Below, piece after piece: positions 9,614 through 18,982 of a DNA stretch of 64,000 nucleotides. Position 1 is the first letter of the stretch; every line of letters starts with the position of its first letter. Origin of the DNA: an uncultured Solirubrobacterales bacterium (GTDB lineage: Bacteria > Actinomycetota > Thermoleophilia > Solirubrobacterales > Solirubrobacteraceae); NCBI GenBank assembly GCA_963757015.1, contig CAVWQA010000006.1, positions 69,399 through 133,398 on the forward strand, read 5' to 3'. Both the position numbers and the translations under genes were made by a program. The notes below the pieces were generated by a model. It searched no databases and had not been told where the DNA came from. It worked only from the letters and a program-made list of their open reading frames with translations.

Positions 9614-11065
9614 CTAGTCCCGCCCCTTGGCCCGGATATCCGACAGCTGCTCGTCGATCCAGTCTCCCGGGTCGCGCGCGGTCACGATCGACTTCAGCCC
9701 CTCATGCCGGCGCCGGCGCTCCCGCATCGGCATCGTCAGCGCGGCGTGAATCGAGTCGGCCAGGGCCTGGATGTCGAACGGGTTGACCGACAGCGCAAAT
9801 TCCCCCAGCTCTTCGTGGGCGCCGGTGTTCTCCGAGAGCACGGAAACGCCGGCGCGCTCGTTGACCATCGGGCCCTCCTTGGCGACCAGGTTCATCCCGT
9901 CGAACATGGCGTTGACCATCAGCATGTCGTAGTGCTTGTAGGCGGCCACCGCCTCCTCGAGGTCGTCGCGCAGCTTGAGCTGGATCGGCATCCAGTCAGG
10001 CGAGCCGTGACGGTGGTTGACGACCGCCACCACGGCCTCGATCCGCTCAAGGTACTCGGCGTACTCGGGCACATCGGTCCGGGAGGGCATCAGCTGGGCG
10101 ATGAAGGTCACCTTCTCGTGGAACTCGGGGTGCTGTTCCAGGAACACGTCGAAGGCGCTGAAGCCACGCAGCACGTTCTTGCTCAAGTCGGCGCGATCCA
10201 CGCGCAGGATGAGATGGTCGCGGCGGCGGCGCAGGAGCTCACCCTCGAACTCGTGCACCCGGGGACGGTTGGCCACCGCCTGGACCGCGCTGGAGTCGAT
10301 CGGCAACGGATAGGAGCGCACCCACACTTCGCGGTCGCCGACGCGCACCACGCCGGCGTCGAAGTCCACGTTGCAGTCGGTCAAATCGCGGCAGCACTGC
10401 AGGAAGTTGTGGCGATAGGAGCGCGTGTGAAAGCCGATGATGTCGTTGGAGAGGATGCCCTCGTAAATCTCGTTGCGGATCACGGTCGGCAGCACCCGCC
10501 AGGAGTCCGACTGGCTCCAGGGGATATGGACGAAGTGGTGCAGGAACACGTCGGGCCGCTGCCGGCGAATCAGCCCCGGAAGTGTGTACAGGTGGTAGTC
10601 GTGGACCATCACGATCGGCTTCTCCACGTCCTCCACCTCTTCGAGCACAGCCCGCGCCAGGTCCTCGTTGACGGCGTTGTAGCCGAACTCGAACGCCTCG
10701 GTCTCGTTGCGACGGATGTCCGGCGCGTTTGAGAGATCCCACAGGTAGTGCTGGATGAACCACAGCATCGGGTTGGCGATGATGTTGTAGAAGGCTTCGT
10801 AGGCGGCCGCTTCGGAGGCCACCAGCTTGACCCGGTACTCGTCGCCGTCTGGCGAGGTGACCGGAAACGGGCGCCCGTCGTGATGCTCGGCCGCGGTGAC
10901 GTCCTCGGCGGTCATCGCCGACGCGACCCAGGTGACCGGGCGGTGCGAGGCGAGCCCGATCAGGGCGGTGACCAGCCCGCCGGTGCCCCGCTTGATCTGG
11001 CCGTCGGGCTGGAAGGTGACCGGGCCGCGGTTGGAGACCAGCACCAGAGGGGTGTCAGTCGACAT
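9614..11065 (-). CDS. otsA: Trehalose-6-phosphate synthase (GT20)
   Basis: VSNRGP, GGLVTAL, HDYHL, FVHIPW, VDRADLSKN, DGMNLVAKE, LSENTGA. Confidence 0.9.
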   Translation of the reverse strand: MSTDTPLVLVSNRGPVTFQPDGQIKRGTGGLVTALIGLASHRPVTWVASAMTAEDVTAAEHHDGRPFPVTSPDGDEYRVKLVASEAAAYEAFYNIIANPMLWFIQHYLWDLSNAPDIRRNETEAFEFGYNAVNEDLARAVLEEVEDVEKPIVMVHDYHLYTLPGLIRRQRPDVFLHHFVHIPWSQSDSWRVLPTVIRNEIYEGILSNDIIGFHTRSYRHNFLQCCRDLTDCNVDFDAGVVRVGDREVWVRSYPLPIDSSAVQAVANRPRVHEFEGELLRRRRDHLILRVDRADLSKNVLRGFSAFDVFLEQHPEFHEKVTFIAQLMPSRTDVPEYAEYLERIEAVVAVVNHRHGSPDWMPIQLKLRDDLEEAVAAYKHYDMLMVNAMFDGMNLVAKEGPMVNERAGVSVLSENTGAHEELGEFALSVNPFDIQALADSIHAALTMPMRERRRRHEGLKSIVTARDPGDWIDEQLSDIRAKGRD

Positions 11066-11079
11066 CGCGTCTCACTCGG

Positions 11080-12312
11080 TCACGCCTCGAGCCCCTCGAA
11101 CAGCTCGAGCCAGTCGCGCAGGAGCCGAGGCGTCAGAAAGCGCCGCCGCGCGCTCTCCTTGCCCGCCAGCCCAAGCCGCTTGCCGAGCCGAGGATCAGAA
11201 AGGATCTCCAGCGAGCGCTGCGCGGTTTGCTCCACGTTTGACACCAGAAAGCCGCTTTCGCCGTCTTGTACCTGCAGCGGGATCCCGCCCACGGCACCAC
11301 CCACGAACGGCCTCGCCTTCCAGATCGCCTCGGTCACCGTGAGCCCGAAGCCTTCTCGCTTGGACTTCTGGATCACCACGTCGCAATGGGACTGGAAGGC
11401 GTTTACCTCGATGGCCCCGACGTTGTTGAGGTTGTTGAGGATGTGGATGTCGGGGTCACCGTCGGCGTGGGCCACGGTGGCGTTGAAGTAGTCCCAGCCC
11501 TCGGGGTCGTCGGTCGCCATCGAGCCCACCAGGGCCAGCTGGATCTCGGGCATCTGCTCCTTGACTAGCCGATAGGCATCGATCACCCCCAGCGGGTCCT
11601 TCCAGGGATCGAAGCGCGACACCTGGCACAGCAGCGGCCGGTCGACGTCGAGCCCGAACTGCTGGCAGATGTAGACCGCGTCCTCGGGCGAGAAGGCCAT
11701 GTTCTTGGGAGCCAGCGGGTCGATCGCCGGCGGCACGATGTGGGCCCGCCCGTCGACACTGGGAGGAACGTAGTCGGGCATGTGGAACACCGCTGCCTGA
11801 TACGAATCCAGGTAGGGGACAAACCGTCCCAGCGTCGCCTCGTTGGGAGTCGAGAGGTCGATGTGGCAGCGCCACACCCAGTGACGGCCTCGTTCGCCGA
11901 CCAGGGCCGCGATCGCCGCCGGCTGGGGGTCGTGGACGATGCACACGTCCCAGTCGCCGGTCAGCTCCCGGGCGTTGATCTCGTTGTAGCGCAGCCAGGT
12001 GTCCCAATCCTCGTCGCTGAGCGCTTGGGGGGCGCCCTGGAGCGCGTTGTGCATCAGCTTGGTGGCGTTGAAGAACTCCTCGCGTCCGTAGATGACCTGC
12101 CACTCACACTCCAGGCCGACGTCGATCATCAGCGGGATCAGCGTGTAGAGGATCTCCGACACGCCGCCGCCGAAGGCGGTTGCCGACAGGTGCAGGATCC
12201 GCTTGCCCGACAGCCGGTCTGCGCGGGCGCGGATTTCGTCCACGAGCGGACGACCGACGATGCTCGCGTAATCGGAGAGGTGCTTCTGGGCGACGGAGAC
12301 GGGCTGCAGCAT
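11080..12312 (-). CDS. treT: Trehalose glycosyltransferring synthase, TreT-type (GT4)
   Basis: SATAFGGGVSEIL, HNALQG, HDPQP, WRCHID, PAIDPL, QVSRFDPWKDP, EGFGLTVTEAIWK; ATG at 12312. Confidence 0.88.
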   Translation of the reverse strand: MLQPVSVAQKHLSDYASIVGRPLVDEIRARADRLSGKRILHLSATAFGGGVSEILYTLIPLMIDVGLECEWQVIYGREEFFNATKLMHNALQGAPQALSDEDWDTWLRYNEINARELTGDWDVCIVHDPQPAAIAALVGERGRHWVWRCHIDLSTPNEATLGRFVPYLDSYQAAVFHMPDYVPPSVDGRAHIVPPAIDPLAPKNMAFSPEDAVYICQQFGLDVDRPLLCQVSRFDPWKDPLGVIDAYRLVKEQMPEIQLALVGSMATDDPEGWDYFNATVAHADGDPDIHILNNLNNVGAIEVNAFQSHCDVVIQKSKREGFGLTVTEAIWKARPFVGGAVGGIPLQVQDGESGFLVSNVEQTAQRSLEILSDPRLGKRLGLAGKESARRRFLTPRLLRDWLELFEGLEA

Positions 12313-12352
12313 TGCCAGATAGGCGCGTTCGACCGAGAAGATAAACGTCTTG

Positions 12353-13315
12353 TCAGCCGCGCAGCGTGCGCAGCCGCCGAACGCCGGCGTCGATGGCCTG
12401 CACGAGCGCTCGATGCAGCCCGACGTTCGCGGCCGAGATCGACGACATCTGGTACTCGTGACCCGAGCCCAGCAGCCGGTGGCCGTCCAACGGCCGCCCC
12501 CAGCCGTCGCTGACAATTCCGCCCGCCTCACACAGGCACAACCACGGAGCCGCCAGGTCATACGGGGAGTTGTTGAGCACCTCGCCGCCGCCGATGCGCT
12601 CAAACTCCGCGCGCATGCCGGGGATCTCGTCGATCAGCCGCGAACCCACCTCGATCACGGCGTCGAGCTGTCCGGTCACGACCCGAGTCATCGAGAAGGC
12701 CTGGGAACCCAGCTCGAACGTGCCACCACGAACCGATGAGCCGTCGATCAGCTCGGCCAGGACCTCGACCGTCGGGCGCACCGGTCGACCGCGGAAGCCG
12801 TAGCTCCAGAACATCCGCCGCGGATCTTCGTTGGCGCTCAGGCGCACGTGCCCGCGCGAACGCGCCACCCCCGCACCGCGGCTCGCGACGAACCAGTCCC
12901 CCGATTTGATCTCGACCACGCAGGCGGTGCTGACGTCGGCCATCGTCGGCTCGCCCTCGCCGAGCGGCGCGAGCGCCACGGCCACACACGCCGACTCGAG
13001 CCCGGCCATCGCCGGGCGGGTTCCGTCGATCGGATCGACGACCAGCACCTCGGTGGCGTCGCCGGTGGCCACCAGACCGCGGTCCTCGGAGTAATACGCG
13101 ACCCGCGGCGCACGTTGCTCCAGGAACTCGACCAACGCCGCCTCGGCGACCTCGTCGACGGCAAAGGTGATGTCCCCACCGGCGCCGTCACCTGCCCACG
13201 CCCGGCCGGCGTGCGCGCCGAGCTCGGGCAGGACCCGCTCGCGCAGGCGCCGCGCCAGGTCAAGCACCAGCCGGCGCCTATCCGCGGAGGAGGAGGTCAT
13301 CTGGCGAGAGTGCAC
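12353..13315 (-). CDS. Inositol monophosphatase/FBPase (FIG) family phosphatase
   Basis: DITFAVD, SED, VVDPIDGT, YDLAA...EAGG; start is GTG 13315 or ATG 13300. Confidence 0.85.
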   Translation of the reverse strand: MHSRQMTSSSADRRRLVLDLARRLRERVLPELGAHAGRAWAGDGAGGDITFAVDEVAEAALVEFLEQRAPRVAYYSEDRGLVATGDATEVLVVDPIDGTRPAMAGLESACVAVALAPLGEGEPTMADVSTACVVEIKSGDWFVASRGAGVARSRGHVRLSANEDPRRMFWSYGFRGRPVRPTVEVLAELIDGSSVRGGTFELGSQAFSMTRVVTGQLDAVIEVGSRLIDEIPGMRAEFERIGGGEVLNNSPYDLAAPWLCLCEAGGIVSDGWGRPLDGHRLLGSGHEYQMSSISAANVGLHRALVQAIDAGVRRLRTLRG

Positions 13316-13379
13316 CCGGGAACCGTAGCCTGAGCCCACCGGCAACAGGCCAGGCCGCCGGGCGCGGCAAAACCAAACC

Positions 13380-13517
13380 GAGGCGTTCGATGAGCTCGAT
13401 CACGAGGTGCGCCAGTCGATGGCCAGGATCAAGGCATCGCCGTTCGTCCCCCACAAGGGCGGGATCCGGGGCTTTATCTGCGAGGTCGAAAGCGGGCGCT
13501 TGCGCGAAGTGACCTGA
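13380..13517 (+). pseudogene. C-terminal remnant of a beta-class carbonic anhydrase
   Basis: Frame reads EAFDELDHEVRQSMARIKASPFVPHKGGIRGFICEVESGRLREVT*, resembling the C-terminus of Rv1284-like beta-CAs; no N-terminal part or start codon. Confidence 0.7.
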
Positions 13518-13551
13518 GCGCCGAGCCGCCGTCGACTACGGTTCGCGTCCG

Positions 13552-14922
13552 ATGGCTGACTATGACGCGATCGTGATCGGAGCGGGACCCGCGGGCGAGG
13601 TCTGTGCCGGACAGCTCGCCGCCGAGGGCCTCGAGGTTGCCCTCGTGGAGCGCGAGCTCGTCGGCGGCGAGTGCGCCTTCTGGGCCTGCATGCCCTCCAA
13701 GGCGCTGCTGCGCCCGGCCGAACTGCTGGCCGAGGTCCAGCGAGTTCCCGGTGCCCGGGAGGCCGCCACCGGCGAGCTCGACCCGGAGACCGTCCTGAAA
13801 AGGCGCGACCAGGTGATCCACGACCTGGACGACTCGGTCCAGCTGCCGTGGATCGAAAAGCGCGGGATCGCGCTCGTTCGCGGCCACGCCCGGCTCGAGG
13901 GCGAGCGGACCGTGCGCGTCGGCGATGAGCTGCTCAGAGCGCGGCGGGCCGTTGTGCTGGCGGTCGGGAGCGGGGCGGCGATGCCGCCAATCGAAGGGCT
14001 CGAGCAGCTCGCGCCCTGGACCAACCGCGTCGGGACGACGGCCAAGGAGGTCCCCGCGCGACTGTCGGTGCTCGGCGGCGGCGTCGTCGGCTGTGAGCTG
14101 GCGCAGGCCTGGGCCTCACTGGGCTCCAAGGTCGCCCTCGTGGAAGCGGCCCCGCGGCTGATCGCCGCCGAGGAGCCGTTCGCCTCCGAGCAGCTCGCCG
14201 AATCCCTGCGCGCGCACGGCGTCGATGTCCGGCTGGGGACCGAGGCAACCCAGGCGAGCCGCGATGGCGACGGGACCTTCACGCTGACGCTCGACGCAAC
14301 AACCGAGCTGCACAGCGACGAGCTGCTAGTGGCCGTGGGTCGCAAGCCGCACACCACCGACCTGGGCCTGGAGACGGTGGGGCTCGCCAACGCCGACGGC
14401 GCTACGGTGACGGTCGACGACCGGATGCGGGTCCCGGGCCGCGACTGGCTGTACGCGGTCGGAGACGTCAACGGCCGCGCCCTGCTCACCCACGCCGGCA
14501 AGTACCAGGCCAGGGTGGCGGTGGCGACGATCATGAATCGCGACCTGCGAGCTCGATGGGACGGCCCGCTGTCGCCGCGGGTGGTGTTCACCGACCCTCA
14601 GATCGCGGCCGTGGGCGCGACGCTCGAGTCAGCGCTCGCCGACGGGATCCCGGCCCATGCTGTCGATGCCGAGATCGGCTCCACCGCCGGGGCCAGTTTC
14701 GTCGGCAAAGGCGCCCCCTCGAGCGCCCGCCTGGTCATCGACTCAAGCCGCGACGTGATCGTGGGAGCGACCTTCACCGGTCCCCAGATCGCCGACCTGC
14801 TGCACGCGGCGACGATCGCGGTCGTCGGCGAGGTGCCGCGCGAGCGCCTGCTGCACGCGATCCCCGCCTTCCCCACCCGCACCGAGGTGTGGCTGAGGCT
14901 GCTCGAGGGCTGGACCGGCTGA
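13552..14922 (+). CDS. Class I pyridine nucleotide-disulfide oxidoreductase (dihydrolipoamide dehydrogenase-like)
   Basis: GAGPAG FAD motif, GGECAFWACMPSK redox disulfide, GGGVVG NAD motif; C-terminal AFPT lacks the HPT histidine. Confidence 0.88.
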   Translation: MADYDAIVIGAGPAGEVCAGQLAAEGLEVALVERELVGGECAFWACMPSKALLRPAELLAEVQRVPGAREAATGELDPETVLKRRDQVIHDLDDSVQLPWIEKRGIALVRGHARLEGERTVRVGDELLRARRAVVLAVGSGAAMPPIEGLEQLAPWTNRVGTTAKEVPARLSVLGGGVVGCELAQAWASLGSKVALVEAAPRLIAAEEPFASEQLAESLRAHGVDVRLGTEATQASRDGDGTFTLTLDATTELHSDELLVAVGRKPHTTDLGLETVGLANADGATVTVDDRMRVPGRDWLYAVGDVNGRALLTHAGKYQARVAVATIMNRDLRARWDGPLSPRVVFTDPQIAAVGATLESALADGIPAHAVDAEIGSTAGASFVGKGAPSSARLVIDSSRDVIVGATFTGPQIADLLHAATIAVVGEVPRERLLHAIPAFPTRTEVWLRLLEGWTG

Positions 14923-15004
14923 GGCTGGGAGCGCGGGAGCGCGGGAGCGCGTGCCGGGACTCGGCCGACGGAAGCGCAGGACGCATCCCCGCGCTCGGCC
15001 AGGC

Positions 15005-16399
15005 TCAGGCCGGGATCTCGAGCGTGAACTCGGTCGTCCCCGGTACCGACCGCACCGACAGCGCACCCTCCATCCGGTCGGCGAGCTCGCTGGCGATGGC
15101 CAGCCCGAGCCCCGAGCCCTGAACGTCGTCGGCGGTGTAGAAGGGCTCGAAGATCCGCTGCTGAAGCTGATCGTCGATCCCGTCGCCGTCGTCGCGGACG
15201 ACCAGCTGCACGCGGCCGTTCTCGCGCCCTGCGGTGACCACGATCTGCGTCCCCGGCGGGGTGTGGGTGAGCGCGTTGTCGATCAGGATCCGCATGATCT
15301 GAGCCACCCGCACCGGATCGCACTGGGCGGCGACCCGCCGCGTCGGCAAGCGCAGCTCCAGGCGCGAGTCGTGCTGGGCCAGGGTCGGTTCGAACTCCCC
15401 CGAGACCGAGCGGGTCAGCTCACCGAGGTCCACCTCTTCGGGACGCAGCTCGAGCGAGCCGGCCTCGAGCTTTGACAGATCGAGGAGATTGAGCGACAGC
15501 TTGCCGAGCCGCTGAACCTGGTCGCGCACCTGCTCGAGAAAGCGGCGGCGGGTCTCGGCGTCGAGATCCTCGTCCTCGAGCAGCTCGACGAAGCCGCCCA
15601 GCGAGAAGACCGGCGTACGAAGCTCGTGCGAGGCGGTGGCGATGAACTTCTTGCGCGCCAGGTCCATCTGGGCGAGCTGGTGTTGCATCTCGTTGAAGGC
15701 CAGCGCCAGCTGGCCGAGCTCGTCGGCGGAGTCGACCGGGATCGGGTGCCGGAAGTCGCCGGCCGCCACCTGCTTGGCCGCCAGCTCGAGCCGCTTGACG
15801 CGCTGCGCCAGCGCCCGGGCGATCAGGTAGCCGGCGATCAGGGCCAGCAGCAGCGCGATCCCCCCGGCGACCAGGATCTCGTGCCTGACCGTGGCCACGT
15901 TACGGGCGATGTCGGAGACCTGGGCCGAATAGACGATCACCGCCGTGACCAGCCGTTCGAAGCTGATCGGGTACGCCGCTTCGGCGACCAGGCCCGACCG
16001 CGTCTGCTCGGTGCCGGTGACGACCTGGTTGGTGGAGATCGCCCTGTAGGCGATCGGGAAGGTGAGCCGGCCGGCGGTAGCCGGGCTGCTCGAATCGGCC
16101 TGGGTGAAGAGCTGCACGCCGCCCAGCACCCGGTTGACGGCCAGCAGGGTGACGCGGCTGCCGGAGATCAGCGCCGCGCGCTGGACCGTGGCCTTGACCA
16201 CCCGGGCCGGTTCGGCGGTCCCGACGGTCCTACGGATCGGACCGGAGTGAAGCTTGGCCGAGGTCGACAGCTCGGTCAGCTTTTCGTTGAGCAGACGGCT
16301 CTGAAGGCCGGGCGCGACGTACAGGTAAAGGACGCCGATGGCCAGCAGCGTGATCGCGAAGAACACGAGCGCGAGCCGGTTTCGCAGCGACAGCGTCAT
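15005..16399 (-). CDS. HAMP-domain sensor histidine kinase
   Basis: Two TM segments, HAMP (DELGQLALAFN), H-box ASHELRTP, N-box ILIDNA, DDGDG, GSGLGL. Confidence 0.95.
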   Translation of the reverse strand: MTLSLRNRLALVFFAITLLAIGVLYLYVAPGLQSRLLNEKLTELSTSAKLHSGPIRRTVGTAEPARVVKATVQRAALISGSRVTLLAVNRVLGGVQLFTQADSSSPATAGRLTFPIAYRAISTNQVVTGTEQTRSGLVAEAAYPISFERLVTAVIVYSAQVSDIARNVATVRHEILVAGGIALLLALIAGYLIARALAQRVKRLELAAKQVAAGDFRHPIPVDSADELGQLALAFNEMQHQLAQMDLARKKFIATASHELRTPVFSLGGFVELLEDEDLDAETRRRFLEQVRDQVQRLGKLSLNLLDLSKLEAGSLELRPEEVDLGELTRSVSGEFEPTLAQHDSRLELRLPTRRVAAQCDPVRVAQIMRILIDNALTHTPPGTQIVVTAGRENGRVQLVVRDDGDGIDDQLQQRIFEPFYTADDVQGSGLGLAIASELADRMEGALSVRSVPGTTEFTLEIPA

Positions 16400-16426
16400 C
16401 TAACCAGCGCCTGACCAGCCACTCCA

Positions 16427-17140
16427 CTACGGCTCGGTGTCACGGAACCGGTAACCAACCCCGCGGACCGTGAACAGGTATTCGGGATCTTTGGGGTCAC
16501 GCTCGACCTTCTCGCGCAGATGCCGGATGTGCACGTCGATCGTGCGCGGATCCCGGTAGGCGGAGTCGCCCCAGATCCGGGCCAGCAGCATGTCGCGGGT
16601 GAACACCCGCCCCGGCGCCCGCGCCAACGCCGACAGGATCTCGAACTCGACGTAGGTGAGCTGCACCTCCTCGCCCCTGACCCTGACCGAACGCTTGGGG
16701 AAGTCCACTCGCAGCTCGCGAATCTCGAGCGGCGCCTCGTCGGGCGCGGTCTGCACCGGGCGGATCATCTCGGCCCGTCGCAGCGCGGCCTTGATGCGGC
16801 TCGAGAACTCCCTCAGCGAGAAGGGCTTGGTGATGTAGTCGTCGGCTCCGAGCTCCAGGCCGACAACCTTGTCGATCTCCTCTGACTTGGCCGTCAGGAT
16901 GATGATCGGCACCGAGCTCTGGCTGCGCAGCCGGCGGCAGACCTCGAGACCGTCGATCTGGGGCAGCATCAGGTCGAGCACGACCAGATCGAACGACTGC
17001 TCCTCGAACCGCTCCAGCGCCTGGCGACCATCGGTCGCCTGCACGACGTCGTAGCCCTCCTTGCGCAGCGGATAGGAGAGCAGCGTCTGAATCGACTGCT
17101 CGTCGTCCACGAGCAGGATGCGCGCTGATCGATCGGCCAC
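16427..17140 (-). CDS. OmpR/PhoB-family response regulator
   Basis: LVDDE, LDLMLP, GADDYITKPF, winged helix RTIDVHIRHLREK, TVRGVGY. Confidence 0.96.
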   Translation of the reverse strand: MADRSARILLVDDEQSIQTLLSYPLRKEGYDVVQATDGRQALERFEEQSFDLVVLDLMLPQIDGLEVCRRLRSQSSVPIIILTAKSEEIDKVVGLELGADDYITKPFSLREFSSRIKAALRRAEMIRPVQTAPDEAPLEIRELRVDFPKRSVRVRGEEVQLTYVEFEILSALARAPGRVFTRDMLLARIWGDSAYRDPRTIDVHIRHLREKVERDPKDPEYLFTVRGVGYRFRDTEP

Positions 17141-17199
17141 GACTTTCTCCTCTAGAGAGAGTAGACGCCCCCGCCAGCAAGGCCGCTATAAAGTCGTTG

Positions 17200-18975
17200 A
17201 TGTTCGATCCGCGGATGTACCGCAGCGGCCTGGTGGTGGTGGCGCTGGCCGCGCTCGTGCTGGCCTTCTCGCTCGGAAACCAGCAGGGCGCGCTGTCCTC
17301 GTCGCTGGCCCCGGATGCGTTCAACGGACAGAACGTGGCCACGGCCATGACCCGGCTCGCCGGCCAGTACCCCGACCGCGGCCCGGGCTCATTCGGCGAC
17401 CGCGACATCGCGACGCTGGTTGCGCACAGGCTCAAGCGGTACGGCTTCGCACCCACCAAAGACACGTTCTCGGCCCGCACCGCGGATGGCGTGCGCACGC
17501 TCGAGAACGTGGTCGGGATCAGGCCCGGGATGGAGAGCGGGAGCGTCGTGATCGTCGCCCACCGCGACGCCCGCGGCTCGCTGGCCACGGCCAGCCTCTC
17601 GGGGACGGCGACGCTGATCGAGCTGGCGCGCGACCTCGAAGGCGAGACCCTTCACCGCTCGGTGGTGCTGGCCTCGACCAGCGGCTCGCAAGGCACCGCG
17701 GGAGCGATCCGTCTCGCCCAGCAGCTCGCCGGCCCGATCGATGCGGTGATCGTGCTCGGTGATGTGGCCAGCACCCATGTCCGCCAGCCGATCGTCATCC
17801 CCTGGTCCGACGGCCAGCGGGTGGCGCCGCCGATGCTGCGCAACACGATCTCGGCGACGCTGAACCAGCAGGCGGCGATCCTTTCGCGCGGCACCAGCCT
17901 GTTCGGTCAGTTCGTGCACCTGGCCTTGCCGCTCACGCTGTCCGAGCAGGGCCCCTTCGGAGCTCGCGGCATCCCGGCGGTTGCGCTCTCGCTGTCGGGC
18001 GAGCGGGGCCCGGCACCCGATGCGGAGGTCGGCGGGCCCGACCAGCTCACATCGGTCGGGCGGGCGGTGCTGTCGGCGATCTCGGCGCTCGACGCCGGTC
18101 CTACGGTTCCTGCCGCATCGGCATATGTGCTGTTCGACAGCAAGGTCGTGCCCGGGTGGGCCATCTCGGTGTTCGTGCTGTCGTTGGTCGTTCCGGTGCT
18201 GCTGACGACGATCGACGCTATCGCCCGAGCCTTCCGTCGCGGCTACGCGGTGTGGCGCTGGCTCGCGGTCGTGCTCGTGGCGGCGGTCCCATTCGCGCTT
18301 GGGGTGCTGGTGGTCCTGGGCGCGAGGCTGCTGGGTGCGCTGGCGATCGCGCCGCCGGGCCTGGTGCCGGCCGGGGCGGTGCCTCTGCATGCGTCGGGGA
18401 CCGTGGTCTTGCTGCTGGCGGCCGTGCTCGCGCTCGGGTCGCTCTGCGTCCTGTGCCCGCTGGGGGTCCGGTTTGCGGCGGGCCCCGCTCGCCTGGGCGA
18501 TGCCGAGAGTTCGCTGGGGGGCGCGACGGCGGCGCTGCTGTTGGTCATGTGCGCCGTCACGGTGGCGATCTGGCTCGACGACCCGTTCGCCGCGGCGCTC
18601 CTGGTGCCGGCGCTGCATCTGTGGCTGGTGGCGGTGAACTCCGACTTCCGCCTGCGCTTCTCGATCCGGCTGGTGCTGATGCTCGTGGGTCTCTTGCCGG
18701 TGGCGGGCGTGGTCGCCTACTACGCGGTCACGCTCGGCTTCGGTCCGCTCGACGTGATCTGGGCGGCCACGCTGCTGATCGCCGGCCACGTGATCACCCC
18801 GCTGATGGCGCTGCTGTGGAGCGTGTTCTTCGGCTGCATCGTCACCGCGGCCGGGATTCTCTTCGTCCTGGCGCGTCTGCCGCGTCCCGAGGAGGTGCCG
18901 GTGACCGTCCGCGGACCGGTCAATTACGCGGGACCGGGCTCCCTCGGGGGCACCAAGTCGGCACTGCGCCGCTGA
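17200..18975 (+). CDS. Membrane protein with degenerate M28-peptidase-like domain and multi-TM C-terminus
   Basis: N-terminal TM; ENVVGIRPG, VIVAHRD, SGTATLIELAR M28 scaffold lacking most Zn ligands; about 7-8 hydrophobic helices in the C-terminal half. Confidence 0.65.
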   Translation: MFDPRMYRSGLVVVALAALVLAFSLGNQQGALSSSLAPDAFNGQNVATAMTRLAGQYPDRGPGSFGDRDIATLVAHRLKRYGFAPTKDTFSARTADGVRTLENVVGIRPGMESGSVVIVAHRDARGSLATASLSGTATLIELARDLEGETLHRSVVLASTSGSQGTAGAIRLAQQLAGPIDAVIVLGDVASTHVRQPIVIPWSDGQRVAPPMLRNTISATLNQQAAILSRGTSLFGQFVHLALPLTLSEQGPFGARGIPAVALSLSGERGPAPDAEVGGPDQLTSVGRAVLSAISALDAGPTVPAASAYVLFDSKVVPGWAISVFVLSLVVPVLLTTIDAIARAFRRGYAVWRWLAVVLVAAVPFALGVLVVLGARLLGALAIAPPGLVPAGAVPLHASGTVVLLLAAVLALGSLCVLCPLGVRFAAGPARLGDAESSLGGATAALLLVMCAVTVAIWLDDPFAAALLVPALHLWLVAVNSDFRLRFSIRLVLMLVGLLPVAGVVAYYAVTLGFGPLDVIWAATLLIAGHVITPLMALLWSVFFGCIVTAAGILFVLARLPRPEEVPVTVRGPVNYAGPGSLGGTKSALRR

Positions 18976-18982
18976 GGCTGGG

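Noticed and set aside
9614-11065. VldE/ValL-type pseudoglycosyltransferase
   Set aside because: Has the OtsA-type DGMNL motif, and no cyclitol synthase is nearby
14927-14950. (GGGAGCGC)x3 microrepeat between convergent genes
   Set aside because: Too short to support a function
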